Positions 39,923 to 51,194 of a DNA stretch of 64,000 nt are shown piece after piece. The DNA is from Sedimentisphaerales bacterium (GTDB taxonomy: Bacteria; Planctomycetota; Phycisphaerae; Sedimentisphaerales; Anaerobacaceae). Below the pieces are notes generated by a model that worked only from the letters and a program-made list of their open reading frames with translations, was not told the DNA's origin and searched no databases. Within the stretch, counting starts at the first letter, position 1, and every line of letters begins with the position of its first letter. A program made the translations under genes and the position numbers. Where the stretch lies: contig OY970194.1 in the NCBI GenBank assembly GCA_963708075.1, forward strand, positions 1,216,001 to 1,280,000, read 5' to 3'.

Positions 39923-41176
39923 ATGGTGGGAAGGTCACTGCGATTCGTTGTCTCGGTTGTTGTCGTCTCTCTGGGAATTGCATGGAATAGCGTCGCGCTC
40001 GCTGACGACTGGCCGAACTGGCGGGGCCCCCATCATGACGGCATTTCAAATGAGACGGGCTGGCGCTGGGACCGGTTGGAAGGGGGCGCGAAGATCCTGT
40101 GGCGCAAGTCCATCGGCACCGGTTTTGCCTCCGTCGCCGTCAGTGGCGGCCGCATCTATGCCTTTGGCAATACCGGCAAGGAAGGGGACAACAAGGAAGC
40201 CGAGCAACAAGACGTCCTGCGGTGCTTCGATGCCGGGACGGGCGCGGAGATCTGGAAACATGCCTATCTGTCCCCCTTGCAGCCGAAAAACTACGAAGGC
40301 GGCCCCAATGCGACGCCCACCGTGGAGGGCGGCAAGGTCTACACCCTGAGCAAGCACGGACACGTGTTCTGCGTCGATGCCCAAAGCGGAGCCGTGGTCT
40401 GGCAGAAGCACCTTGGGAAGGACTACGGGATCGAGCCGCCCAACTGGGGCCTCGCAGGCTCCCCCGTCGTCATAGGCGACCTGATAATTCTGAACGCGGG
40501 CAGCTACGGCACGGCCTTGCGAAAGCAGGACGGTACACTGGCCTGGGGTGCCCAAAAGGGTCCGGCGGGGTACGCCTCCGCAGTGCCCTACGAGCAGCAG
40601 GGCAAGAGTTGTGCCGTGATTCTTGGGCACAGAGAGTTGTACAGCGTTGTCGCGGTAACCGGGCAGGTCCTGTGGAAGCAGCCCTGGACCACCATGCACG
40701 ACGAGAACATCCCCGACCAGATCGTGGCAGGGGACAAGCTGTTTGCGTGCTCGGGTCTGGGGACCGGGGCGGCCCTGTTTCGGATGGAGCCAGAGAAACT
40801 CGTCGAGATCTGGCGTCACAAGAACCTGCAGAACTGGCTGAGCAGCTCCGTCCTGTGGAAGGGACACGTGTACGGCGTGGATACGGGTAAGGCGAAAGGC
40901 GTCACGTGCCTGGATTTCCAAACCGGCGACGTGAAGTGGTCGGGCCCGAACGTCGGCGTTGGCAGCCTGATGTTAGCCGATGGCAAGCTGATCGTGCTCA
41001 GCGACGCGGGCAAATTGACCATCGTCGATGCCGTACCGACCGGGTACAAGGAGTTGGCGTCGGCGCAGATTCTTGAGGGCAAGTGCTGGACTATGCCGGT
41101 GCTGGCGAATGGGCGGATCTATGCCCGCAACGCCGTGGGGGATTTCGTTTGCGTGGACGTGAGCGGGGTGAAATAA
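39923..41176 (+). CDS. Secreted PQQ-like beta-propeller
   Basis: Signal peptide; DWPNWRGP; CWTMPVLANGRIYAR. Confidence 0.85.
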   Translation: MVGRSLRFVVSVVVVSLGIAWNSVALADDWPNWRGPHHDGISNETGWRWDRLEGGAKILWRKSIGTGFASVAVSGGRIYAFGNTGKEGDNKEAEQQDVLRCFDAGTGAEIWKHAYLSPLQPKNYEGGPNATPTVEGGKVYTLSKHGHVFCVDAQSGAVVWQKHLGKDYGIEPPNWGLAGSPVVIGDLIILNAGSYGTALRKQDGTLAWGAQKGPAGYASAVPYEQQGKSCAVILGHRELYSVVAVTGQVLWKQPWTTMHDENIPDQIVAGDKLFACSGLGTGAALFRMEPEKLVEIWRHKNLQNWLSSSVLWKGHVYGVDTGKAKGVTCLDFQTGDVKWSGPNVGVGSLMLADGKLIVLSDAGKLTIVDAVPTGYKELASAQILEGKCWTMPVLANGRIYARNAVGDFVCVDVSGVK

Positions 41177-41265
41177 TCGCTTCGGTTTGATCGTCACATC
41201 TACAGCGGACCATCTACGTACCCGCGCAGAAGAGGTGAAACGCAGTGCTTGAAAGGGGTTTGAGG

Positions 41266-42547
41266 ATGTCGATGTCTGTGAGGTTGGCTGTGGTTGCCTG
41301 TGTGGCGTCACTGATTCTGAGCAGTTCTGTGGGGGCGGCGGACTGGCCGCAATGGCGCGGGCCCAACCGCGACGGCGTCTGCCAGGAGAAGGGATTGCTG
41401 AAGGAGTGGCCCAAAGACGGCCCGAAGCTGCTCTGGGAAATCTCCGGTCTCGGACCGGGATATTCCACGGTCTCCATCGCCAACGGCAAGCTCTACACAA
41501 TGGGCGACGGCGAACTGGACGGCCAGAAGGCCCAGCTCGTGTACGCCTATGATCTCAAGACGCAGAAGCGGCTGTGGGCGGCCAAAGTGGGTGGGACGCA
41601 CGATGACGGACCCCGATGCGCCGACGGTCGATGGCGATTCCGTCTATGCCATCGGTACGGATGGGAACGTCGTCGGCATCGCCGCCGATAGCGGCAAAGT
41701 GATCTGGATGAAGAATCTGCTGACCGATCTGGGCGGGGCTTCCAACCCCGGTTGGAAGTTCAGCGAATCGCCACTGATCGATGGTGATAAGCTGCTGTGC
41801 ACGCCGGGCGGCCACAAAGCCGTCATCGCCGCGCTCAACAAGAAGACGGGCGACATGATCTGGCAGTGTACGATGCCCGACATCGGCTCCAACGGCACGG
41901 ACGAGGCCGGGTATTCCTCCATCATGATCAGCCAGGGCGCTGGCGTGAAACAGTACGTGCAACTCACGAATGAAGGCGTGGTCAGTGTTTCTGCCGATGG
42001 CAAATTCCTATGGGGCTACAATCGCGTCGCCAACAAGGTGGCGAACATCCCGACGCCTGTGATTGATGGCGATTATGTCTTCACGTCCACCGCTTATCAA
42101 ACGGGCTCGGCGCTGCTCAAGCTCGTGGCTGACGGCGGGGGCGTCAAGGCCCAGGAAGTCTATTGGCTCGACAAGGGCCAGTTCCAGAACCACCACGGCG
42201 GGTTTGTGAAGGTCGGCGATTACATCTATGGTGGTCACAACCACAACAAGGGTGAGCCCACGTGCGTTGAAATGAAGACAGGCAAGATCATGTGGCACAC
42301 CGATCAGCCGGGCAAGGGCTCCGGATGCGTCTTGTACGCGGATGGGTGCCTGTATTTCCGCTATGAGAACGGCCTGGTTGCCCTGGTCGAGGCGACGCCG
42401 GAGAAGTACAACCTCAAGAGCACGTTCACGCCTCCGAACCGGCCGGGAGCTTCAGGCCCTGCCTGGGCGCATCCCGTCATCTCGGACGGCAAGCTGTATC
42501 TTCGCCATGCCGATGTCCTGTTCTGCTATGACGTGAACGCACAGTAG
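41266..42547 (+). CDS. Secreted PQQ-like beta-propeller; frameshift near 41619
   Basis: DWPQWRGPNRDG; WAHPVISDGKLYLR; GPRC and PTVDG lie in different frames. Confidence 0.8.
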
Positions 42548-42710
42548 CCCGGAGGCAGTCTTACCGAGGTTGACTGGCTGAGTGCTTTTTTTGCTCCGTG
42601 TGAGCCCTTTCCCTATCCTGTTCTGCGTGAGATGCGCGATAGTGAGGGAATGGTCGCATGTCCCATGCAGAATGTGGGGCGGGCACGATTTCATTTCAGG
42701 AGTTCGGCGT

Positions 42711-43739
42711 ATGAGAGCGGCGCTGATACGCGAGCACGGTGACTTGGACGTTGTGCAGGTGGGGGAGGTCGAGGCCTCCGTGCCTGCCGCGGGGGAGGTC
42801 GCGCTGAAAGTCCTGTGCGCGGGCCTGAACCACCTGGATATCTGGGTGCGGATGGGCCGGACCAAGTTGAAAATGCCGCACATCCTGGGCTCAGACGCCG
42901 TCGGTATCGTCACGGCTGTGGGCTTGAACGTTGATAGCCCTCGGGTCGGCGATCGGGTGATCGTCAATCCCGGCCTGAGCTGCGGCCATTGTGAGTTCTG
43001 CCAGCGGGGGGAGCAAAGCCTGTGCGTATCCTTCGGGATCATGGGGCTCAGCCGGCACGGGACATTCGCCGAGCAGGCGGTCGTGCCGGCGTCGAACTGC
43101 TATCCCAAGCCTCCGCACCTGAGTGACGAGGAGGCAGGGGCCCTGGGGTTGACGCATGTCACCGCCTGGCGGATGCTCATGACCCGGGCACAGGTCAAGC
43201 CGGGCGAGAGCGTGCTCATCCACGGCATCGGAGGCGGCGTCGCCCTCAGCGTTCTGCAACTGGCCAAACGCATCGGGGCCGAGGTCTTCGTGACGTCATC
43301 ATCCAACGAGAAATTGTCACGCGCGCGAGAACTCGGGGCCGATCACACAATCAACTACAAAGAGGCAAATGTCGTCGAATGGATCAGGCAGCAGAAGGGG
43401 GACCGGGGCGTTGATGTGGCGATTGACGCCGTTGGCGCCGCGGCGTGGCCGCTTGATTTTACGTGCGTCCGCAAAGGCGGCAGGGTTGTCCTGTGCGGCG
43501 TCACGACCGGCGCAAAGGCTGAGACAGACCTTCGGACCCTCTACTGGAATCAGCTCACCGTTCTCGGCTCGACCCTGGGCTCGACACAGGATTTCGAGCA
43601 GATGCTCACGGCTGTGAACGTGAACCAGCTCCGACCGACAATCGACGAGGTCTACCCGCTGGACCGGGTACGCGATGCGATGGCGAAGATGGAGGAGGCA
43701 AGACAGTTCGGAAAGATCGTGCTGAAAGTCGCTGAATGA
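42711..43739 (+). CDS. Zn-binding medium-chain dehydrogenase/reductase (quinone oxidoreductase-like)
   Basis: LNHLD, CGHCEFC structural Zn site, HGIGGGV. Confidence 0.85.
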   Translation: MRAALIREHGDLDVVQVGEVEASVPAAGEVALKVLCAGLNHLDIWVRMGRTKLKMPHILGSDAVGIVTAVGLNVDSPRVGDRVIVNPGLSCGHCEFCQRGEQSLCVSFGIMGLSRHGTFAEQAVVPASNCYPKPPHLSDEEAGALGLTHVTAWRMLMTRAQVKPGESVLIHGIGGGVALSVLQLAKRIGAEVFVTSSSNEKLSRARELGADHTINYKEANVVEWIRQQKGDRGVDVAIDAVGAAAWPLDFTCVRKGGRVVLCGVTTGAKAETDLRTLYWNQLTVLGSTLGSTQDFEQMLTAVNVNQLRPTIDEVYPLDRVRDAMAKMEEARQFGKIVLKVAE

Positions 43740-43834
43740 GAGCGTGACAGTACGGACTCTTGCGAACATAATTGTTGTGATTGCATACAGGAATGTAGAG
43801 ATCTCCATGAGTGATCCCTTGGAAAGGGTGGATT

Positions 43835-44410
43835 ATGGCGATGACAGCTTCCGCGATGCTTGAGCTCGGGACGAAAGCCCCCGACTTCAGCTTGCCCGAT
43901 ACGCAGGGCGGCACCGTTTCGCTTACGGATTTCGATGGCGCCAAGGCGCTGCTTGTCGTGTTCATGTGCAACCATTGTCCCTTTGTAAAGCACATCTTGT
44001 ACGTCCTTTTGAATTTGGCCCGGGAATATCAGCCCAAAGGGGTCGCCGTTGTGGGGATTAGTGCCAACGATGTGGATGCCTATCCGGAGGACGGGCCCGA
44101 GATGATGGCCCAGTTTGCGGCGCGGATGGATTTTCCATTTCCCTACCTCTATGACGCCACACAGGAGGTGGCCAAGAGGTATCACGCCGCCTGCACGCCG
44201 GATTTCTTTCTGTTCGACGAGGATCGAAAGCTGGTGTATCGTGGGCAGATGGACGACAGTCGGCCCGGCAACAAAGTGGCAGTGACGGGCGAAGATCTGC
44301 GCAGGGCGCTGGATGCCGTTCTGGAGGGCAGGCCCGCGCCGCAGGAGCAGAAGCCGAGCATGGGCTGCAACATCAAATGGAAGCCTGGGAACGAGCCTGA
44401 CTACGCATGA
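43835..44410 (+). CDS. Thioredoxin/AhpC-TSA family protein
   Basis: APDFSLPD, CNHCPF, AACTPDFF, SMGCNIKW. Confidence 0.88.
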   Translation: MAMTASAMLELGTKAPDFSLPDTQGGTVSLTDFDGAKALLVVFMCNHCPFVKHILYVLLNLAREYQPKGVAVVGISANDVDAYPEDGPEMMAQFAARMDFPFPYLYDATQEVAKRYHAACTPDFFLFDEDRKLVYRGQMDDSRPGNKVAVTGEDLRRALDAVLEGRPAPQEQKPSMGCNIKWKPGNEPDYA

Positions 44411-44582
44411 GATTTTCCGCAAGAGGCGGAACGGATTTCTCTGAATGAACGTTATGTAGGTGAAGGACCTTGGGCGGCTGGATTGCAGTGCGTGCCTGTG
44501 CCTGGTGCTCTGACATGAATCGCCGGGCACTTCCCGGCTGAGTGCCTTGGGCTTCAGAATGAGAACGGTTCAGGAACTTTAG

Positions 44583-45914
44583 ATGGTCAAGCGAACGACG
44601 TTTATGCCTGTGATCCTTATCGTGGGGCTTGCAGGTCTTGTCTCAGGGGCCCAGCCGCCTGCCGCGGATGTCAACGCGCCGCAGACCTTGGAGGAATACC
44701 TCCGATTCGCGTCGTTGCACAATGCCGGTCTTAAGGCGGCGTTTGAGGAGTGGAAGGCAGCCCTGGAGCAAATCCCCCAGGCAAAGGCTCTGCCCGATCC
44801 GACATTCACGTACGGCTATTTCACCGAGCAGCTTCAGACACGCCAACAGGCGGGCATCATGCAGATGTTCCCGTGGTTCGGCAAGATCGAGGCCCGCACG
44901 GACGCGGCAGCAGCGGCGGCCAAAGCCGCCCGAAAACGCTACGAAGCGAGAGAGCTGCAACTATTCTTCGACGTCAAGGAGGCGTTTTACGAGTATCTCT
45001 ACCTGGCCAGCGCGATCCAGATCGCCAGGGAGAATCTCGAGCTGGCGCAGCACTTCGAGGAGATCGCACGGGCGAAATATCTGACCGCAACGGGCACACA
45101 TCCGGACATCATCCGGGCACAGATCCGGATCGCGGAGTTGCAGTACAAGCTCAATGCACTGGAGCAGGGACGGGACCCGAATGTGGCGAGGCTGAACGCC
45201 GTGCTCAACCGCCCGGCGGAAGCTCCGTTGCCCTGGCCCCGACAAGAGCCGATCCAGCCTGTGGAGATCGACCGCCGCACACTCGTCGCAGTGATGAAGG
45301 AGAACAACCCGCAGCTTCAAGCGATGGGATTCGATGTCGAGCAGCTTCGCCGGGAGGTGGACGTGGCGAAGCGCAACTTCTACCCGGACATCGGCTTGGA
45401 GGCGCAATGGATGAAGATGAACATGGGCGAGATGTCCGGCAACGATGACGATCTTATGCTGGGTCTGCAACTGAATCTGCCGATCTGGCGGCGCAGCTAC
45501 AAGGCCGGCGAACTGCAGGCACGGGCGATGGCTCGACGGGCCCAGCACGAAAAGAAAGACATGGAAAACGAGCTGGTCGCACGGACGGCCCGTACCTTGT
45601 ACGAGTACGAGGATAATGGCCGCCGGCTGCGGTTGTACGGCGATGAACTTGGCCCCAGGGCCCAGCAGCTTATCAGTGTTTCTGAGGCGGCCTACCTGGC
45701 GGGAACAGTTGATTTTCTCAGTCTGATCGATGCCCAACAGATGCTGCTGGAATTCCGGCTGGAACGGGAGCGGGCCTCGGCCAGCCGGCAGCAGAAATTG
45801 GCCGAGCTGGAGATGCTCGCGGGCACCGGTCTGGCGGGACCAATGCCTGAGTCGAAATCCAATGAGCAAGGACCCGCTGAAATGAATCCTGCAACATCAG
45901 ATCAGAGGAACTGA
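44583..45914 (+). CDS. TolC-family outer membrane efflux protein (CusC-like)
   Basis: Signal peptide, LPDP, FPWFGK, YPD, LPIW repeats; upstream of RND pump. Confidence 0.85.
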   Translation: MVKRTTFMPVILIVGLAGLVSGAQPPAADVNAPQTLEEYLRFASLHNAGLKAAFEEWKAALEQIPQAKALPDPTFTYGYFTEQLQTRQQAGIMQMFPWFGKIEARTDAAAAAAKAARKRYEARELQLFFDVKEAFYEYLYLASAIQIARENLELAQHFEEIARAKYLTATGTHPDIIRAQIRIAELQYKLNALEQGRDPNVARLNAVLNRPAEAPLPWPRQEPIQPVEIDRRTLVAVMKENNPQLQAMGFDVEQLRREVDVAKRNFYPDIGLEAQWMKMNMGEMSGNDDDLMLGLQLNLPIWRRSYKAGELQARAMARRAQHEKKDMENELVARTARTLYEYEDNGRRLRLYGDELGPRAQQLISVSEAAYLAGTVDFLSLIDAQQMLLEFRLERERASASRQQKLAELEMLAGTGLAGPMPESKSNEQGPAEMNPATSDQRN

Positions 45915-46047
45915 GCGCCTGGCAACTTGCTCTTCGATTTTTGCCTTTGAACTGAACTCCTATGGGAATAGTATAGATTGCCAAGTGCTTATCTTTGTTT
46001 AGAGCCTTGGAAAACGTGGTTGGAAGTCAAGTTGAAAGGACCGCACT

Positions 46048-46404
46048 GTGAATCGTAAAGCAAGACTTATAGAGCATCTCGTAATGATGATGGTTCCGGC
46101 GTTCGGCGCACTTGTTCTGTTCGCTGGTTGCCAAAAGGAAAAACCGACGGTGGGGACGCAGGCAACGCAGACAAAGACGCAGGGGACAGTGCCGATGAAG
46201 CACGAGGCGACCCCCGCGCCGGCGCAGCAGGTAGCTCAAGTGGTGGAGCAGACCACCTGCCCGGTGATGGGCGGGCCCATCGACAAGAATGTCTTCATCG
46301 AGTATCAGGGTAAGAAGGTCTACTTCTGTTGCAACGGATGTCCCGAGACGTTTAAGGCCAACCCGGAGAAGTACATTTCCAAGCTGCCGCAGTTTGCCAA
46401 GTAG
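46048..46404 (+). CDS. YHS-domain metal-binding lipoprotein
   Basis: Lipobox LFAG-C; CPVMG...VYFCCNGC...NPEKY. Confidence 0.85.
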   Translation: MNRKARLIEHLVMMMVPAFGALVLFAGCQKEKPTVGTQATQTKTQGTVPMKHEATPAPAQQVAQVVEQTTCPVMGGPIDKNVFIEYQGKKVYFCCNGCPETFKANPEKYISKLPQFAK

Positions 46405-46442
46405 AAGGGGCATTGGGCAATCCTCGCCCGGAGAGCAGAAGA

Positions 46443-47666
46443 ATGAAAAAGAGTAGAGTACTTGCCGCTATCTTTGTCGTCCTGGCATTGGCAGCGGCGA
46501 CAGTAGGCTTCATCGAGCGGGGTCCCTTGATCGCGTGGTATCGTAGCTGCACGGAAAAAGGCGGAATCAAGGGACTCTTCTACTGCCCGATGCATCCCGC
46601 GTTCACATCGGACCGGCCGGGGAACTGCGCCATCTGTGGGATGAGCCTGGTGAAGAAAGAGACGGCGGATGCCCCGGCCGGCGGACAGAAGGGGGCGGGT
46701 GGCGACAGGAAGATACTCTACTATCGCAATCCCATGAATCCCCAGGTCACCTCGCCGGTCCCGATGAAGGATGAGATGGGGATGGACTACGTACCCGTAT
46801 ACGAGGAGCAAGGGACTCAGGCGCATCCGGGTGTCTATATAAGCCCGGAGAAGCAGCAACTGATCGGCGTCAAGAAGGGTAAAGTCCAGATGCGCAAGCT
46901 CTCCGGGCAAATCCTGACGGTGGGCCGGGTGGCATACGATCCCGCTTTGTTCACGGCACAGCAGGAGTATCTGCAAATCCTGAAAGGCCGCCAGTTTGCC
47001 CAGAAGGCCAATCTGAACGAGGTGAACGAGCAGTCGGTTTCGCTGCTGAAGGCCGCACGATCCAAGCTCCTTCTTATGGGGATGAGCGACGCCGAAATCG
47101 ATGCCATGGAAAAACAGGGCAGGGCCGAGACGAACTTGTACCTGCCCACCAGCGAGGACGGGAATGTCTGGGTGTACGTCACGATCTACGAGTATGAGGC
47201 GGGATTGGTTAAGGAGGGTATGCCGGTCCAGGTTGACACGCTGGCCTATCCGGGCCAGACGTTCCAGGGCCGGATCGTCGCGATCACGCCCCTGTTGGAG
47301 ACCGCCACGCGTACGCTCAAAGCCAGGGCCCTGGTGGAGAATCCCGAAGGCAAGCTCAAACTCGAGATGTTTGCCAACGTCCGGATCGACTACGACATTG
47401 GCGAGAGGCTGGCCATACCCGAGGAAGCCGTGATGCACGCGGGCACGCGCGACATCGTGTATGTGGTCGATCCCAACGGCTATTTCGAACCCAGGACGGT
47501 GAGACTGGGTGTGAAGGCTCAAGGTTGGTACGAGCTCTTGCAGGGTCCCGCGGCGGATGAGGAAGTCGTCACTTCCGCCAACTTCCTGGTGGACTCAGAA
47601 TCGAAGCTCAATGCGGTTCTGAACCAGATGACGGAACCCAATCAGCCGGATGGTGGCCACCAATGA
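46443..47666 (+). CDS. cusB: CusB-like RND periplasmic adaptor with heavy-metal-binding domains
   Basis: YCPMHP..CAICGM; YYRNPM..MGMDYVP. Confidence 0.85.
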   Translation: MKKSRVLAAIFVVLALAAATVGFIERGPLIAWYRSCTEKGGIKGLFYCPMHPAFTSDRPGNCAICGMSLVKKETADAPAGGQKGAGGDRKILYYRNPMNPQVTSPVPMKDEMGMDYVPVYEEQGTQAHPGVYISPEKQQLIGVKKGKVQMRKLSGQILTVGRVAYDPALFTAQQEYLQILKGRQFAQKANLNEVNEQSVSLLKAARSKLLLMGMSDAEIDAMEKQGRAETNLYLPTSEDGNVWVYVTIYEYEAGLVKEGMPVQVDTLAYPGQTFQGRIVAITPLLETATRTLKARALVENPEGKLKLEMFANVRIDYDIGERLAIPEEAVMHAGTRDIVYVVDPNGYFEPRTVRLGVKAQGWYELLQGPAADEEVVTSANFLVDSESKLNAVLNQMTEPNQPDGGHQ

Positions 47667-50600
47667 TCGATAGAATCATCGAATTCTGCGCGAAGAACAA
47701 GTTCATCGTGATCTTCTTCACGATCGCGGCCATCGTCGCCGCCATCTACAGCGTCAAGAACATCCCGCTGGACGCCATTCCGGACCTGTCCGACACGCAG
47801 GTGATCATCTATTCGCAATGGGACCGCAGCCCCGACATCATCGAGGACCAGGTGACCTATCCGATCGTCACCGCGATGCTCGGCGCTCCCCATGTCAAAG
47901 CCATTCGTGGGTTTTCCGATTTCGGTTTCTCCTATGTCTACGTCATTTTCCAGGACGGCACGGACATCTACTGGGCGCGCAGCCGCACCGTGGAGTACCT
48001 GAGCAAGATCACCGCCCGCCTCCCGCAGGGAGTGCAGATGGAGATCGGGCCGGACGCCACGGCTTTGGGGTGGGTCTATCAATATGCCCTGGTGGACAAG
48101 ACCGGCAACAACAGTCTCGCCGATATGCGGAGTTTTCAGGATTGGTACCTGCGCTACTGGCTCCAAAGCGTGCCGGGCGTTGCCGAGGTCGCCACCGTCG
48201 GCGGTTTCCAGAAACAATACCAGGTGAACGTCAACCCAAACGCTCTGCTGGCCTACAACATACCGTTGACGAAGGTCGTGGAGGCCGTCCGGCAAAGCAA
48301 CAACGACGTTGGCGCCCGACTCCTCGAAATGTCCGGCACGGAGTACATGATCCGAGCCAAGGGCTATATCAAATCGCCGCAGGACCTGGAGAATACGGTC
48401 ATCGGCACGGATAACGCCGGTACTCCCGTGCTGGTGAAGAACGTGGCGAGCGTTGTACTGGGCCCGGATATCCGCAGGGGGGTAGCCGATCTCGACGGCG
48501 AGGGCGACACCGTCGGCGGGATCGTTGTCATGCGGCAGGGCGAAAACGCCCTTAATGTCATCAATCGCGTCAAAACCAAGATCGAGGACATCAGGCCGTC
48601 GCTGCCGAAAGGTGTTGAGCTCGTTACCACCTACGACCGCTCGGAGCTCATCAAGCGGGCCGTCGACACCTTGCGGCACCAGCTTATCGAAGAGGTGACC
48701 GTCGTCTGTCTCGTGATTCTGCTGTTTCTGTGGCATTTCCCTTCCGCCATTATCCCGATCATTACGATCCCCATCTCGGTATTGCTGGCGTTCATTCCGA
48801 TGTATGGCATGAAGCTGACCGCCAACATTATGTCGATTTCAGGTATCGCCATCTCTATCGGTGTGCTCTGCGACGGCGCCATCGTGGAGGTGGAAAATGC
48901 CTATCGAAAGCTGGAGCTATGGAACTCAGGGGGGCGCAAGGGGGATTTTCACGCTGTCCGCCTCAAGGCTCTGCAGGAGGTGGGGCCGTCGGTGTTCTTC
49001 TCCCTGCTGGTGATCGCGGTGGCGTTCCTGCCGATTTTCACACTGGTGGATCAGGAAGGCCGGCTGTTCAAGCCGCTGGCGTACAGCAAGAACCTGGCCA
49101 TGGCGATTGCCGCCATTCTGGCGATCACTCTCGACCCGGCCATCCGCATGCTGTTCGCTCGGATGGACTACCACTATTTTCGGCCCCGGTGGCTGGCCTG
49201 GCTGTACAATACGCTCACTGTCGGCAAGTACTACCCGGAGGAGAAGCACCCGGTCAGCCGGGTCCTGTTCGCCCTGTATGAGCCGCCCTGCAAGTTCGTC
49301 CTCAACCATGGGCGGGCGACGATCATTATTGCGATTCTGCTGATAATTATCACCGTGCCGGTGTATTTCCGCCTGGGCTCGGAGTTCATGCCGCCGTTGA
49401 ACGAGGGGACCATTCTTTACATGCCGACGACGCTGCCTGGCCTTTCGGTCACGGAGGCAGGCAACCTGCTCCAGATTCAGGATAAGATCCTGGCGTCGTT
49501 CCCCGAGGTGGAACGGGTGTTCGGCAAGGCGGGGCGGGCCAACACGTCCACGGACCCGGCTCCGTTTTCCATGATGGAAACCACCGTGGTCCTCAAGGAC
49601 AAGAAGGATTGGCGTCCGGGTCTGACGTGGGAGCAGTTGATCGACGAGATCAACGCCAAGATGCAGATCCCCGGCGTCACTAATGCCTGGACCATGCCCA
49701 TCCGCGCGGATCGACATGCTCACGACCGGCGTACGCACCCCCGTGGGTATCAAGATCTATGGGCCCAAGCTCGATGAGATCGAGAAGATCGGCATGCAGC
49801 TCGAGCAGATCGTCAAGCCGCTGTCGGGAACCCGCAGCGTGTACGCGGAGCGGGTGTCCGGAGGCTATTTCGTGGATGTCGCCCTCAAGCGAGAGCAATT
49901 GGCCCGTTATGGGCTGACCGTTGAGGACGCCGAGATGATTATCATGTCGGCTGTCGGTGGGGAGAACGTGACGACCGCCATCCAGGGGCCGGAACGGTAC
50001 GGCGTGAACGTGCGGTACGCTCGCGATTACCGGGACGACCTCGAGAAGCTTCAGCGAGTGCTGGTTCCGACCATGTCGGGCGCCCAGATTCCGCTCCAAG
50101 CCATCGCCGACATCAACGTCTCTCTCGGACCTTCGATGATCCGGGATGAAAATGGCATGATGGCGGGTTATGTGTATGTGGACCTTTCGAGCAAGGACAT
50201 CGGCGGCTACGTGGCTCAGGCGAAGCAAGCCGTGCGCGACCAGTTGCAGTTGCCCGCAGGCTATTCTCTCCAGTGGAGCGGCCAGTTTGAGAACATGCTG
50301 CGTGTACGAGAGCGGCTCTGGGTTGTGATCCCGTTGACGATCCTCATTATCTTCATCCTGCTGTATCTGAATACCAAGAGCGTGGTCAAGACAGGCATGG
50401 TTCTGCTGGCCGTGTGGTTCTCGCTGATTGGCGCCATCTGGCTGCTGTACCTGCTGGGCTACAATCTCTCGATTGCGGTCTGGGTCGGCATGATTGCTTT
50501 GATGGGCCTCGATGCCGAGACAGGTGTGTTCATGCTGCTGTTTCTGGATTTGTCCTATGAGGAGAGGCGGGCCCAGGGCCGGCTCAAGACCCTCGCCGAC

Positions 50601-50867
50601 CTGAAAGAAGCCGTGATCCACGGGGCGGTCAGACGTATCCGGCCCAAGATCATGACCGTTGGGACCACGTTCATTGGACTCATCCCCATCATGTGGTCCA
50701 TGGGCACGGGCGCGGACATGATGAAGCGAATTGCCGCCCCCATGATCGGCGGCATCTTCACGAGCTTTCTGCTGGAGCTGCTCGTATACCCGCCATTATA
50801 CATGACCTGGAAATGGCGCACCGAGATGAAGAAAGGCAAGGCTATCCCGCCCCAGCCAAGTGTATAG
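47663..50867 (+). CDS. cusA: CusA/CzcA heavy-metal RND permease; frameshift near 49706
   Basis: DAIPDLSDTQVI, GSEFMPPLNEG, MKRIAAPMIGG; WTMPIR and RIDMLTTG lie in different frames. Confidence 0.9.
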
Positions 50868-50890
50868 CGAAAAAGGCTTGAGCAGGAAAA

Positions 50891-50965
50891 TCGGGGCGAG
50901 TGGACTTGAACCACCGACCTCTTGCACCCCATGCAAGCGCGCTAGCCAAACTGCGCCACGCCCCG
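50891..50965 (-). tRNA. tRNA-Pro (GGG)
   Basis: CGGGGCG acceptor stem, CTTGC/GCAAG anticodon stem with loop ATGGGGT, GTTCAAG T-loop; CCA not encoded. Confidence 0.95.
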
Positions 50966-50980
50966 AGGTATAACAAGGCT

Positions 50981-51009
50981 ATTGTAGTACTGTCGGCTGT
51001 CGCAGACAA
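50981..51009 (-). promoter_or_regulatory. Sigma70-type promoter for tRNA-Pro
   Basis: Minus strand TTGTCT-17bp-TACAAT. Confidence 0.55.
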
Positions 51010-51132
51010 GGCTTTTTTTTGCGAAAGTCAGATAGGACCAACTCAAATAGCCGCAGGATGTCCCGTCCGGCACAGGAAAATCCAACGCAAAACCGACGAT
51101 TGTGAGCTGCAAAAAAATATATTCATAATCGC

Positions 51133-51162
51133 TTGACAAAGTTAGGGTAGCCTAACTATGAT
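51133..51162 (+). promoter_or_regulatory. Sigma70 promoter with DtxR-type operator in spacer
   Basis: TTGACA-18bp-TATGAT enclosing AGTTAGG-GTAG-CCTAACT palindrome. Confidence 0.8.
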
Positions 51163-51194
51163 GATGGAACGAGTGGCAACGAAAGGTCAGTGGC

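Noticed and set aside
27630..49715. Programmed ribosomal frameshifting or selenocysteine recoding at the broken genes
   Set aside because: Breaks are frame changes without slippery sequences or in-frame TGA at Cys positions
44583..50965. Cus cluster as a genomic island integrated at tRNA-Pro
   Set aside because: No integrase, no duplicate of the tRNA 3' end seen, no obvious compositional shift
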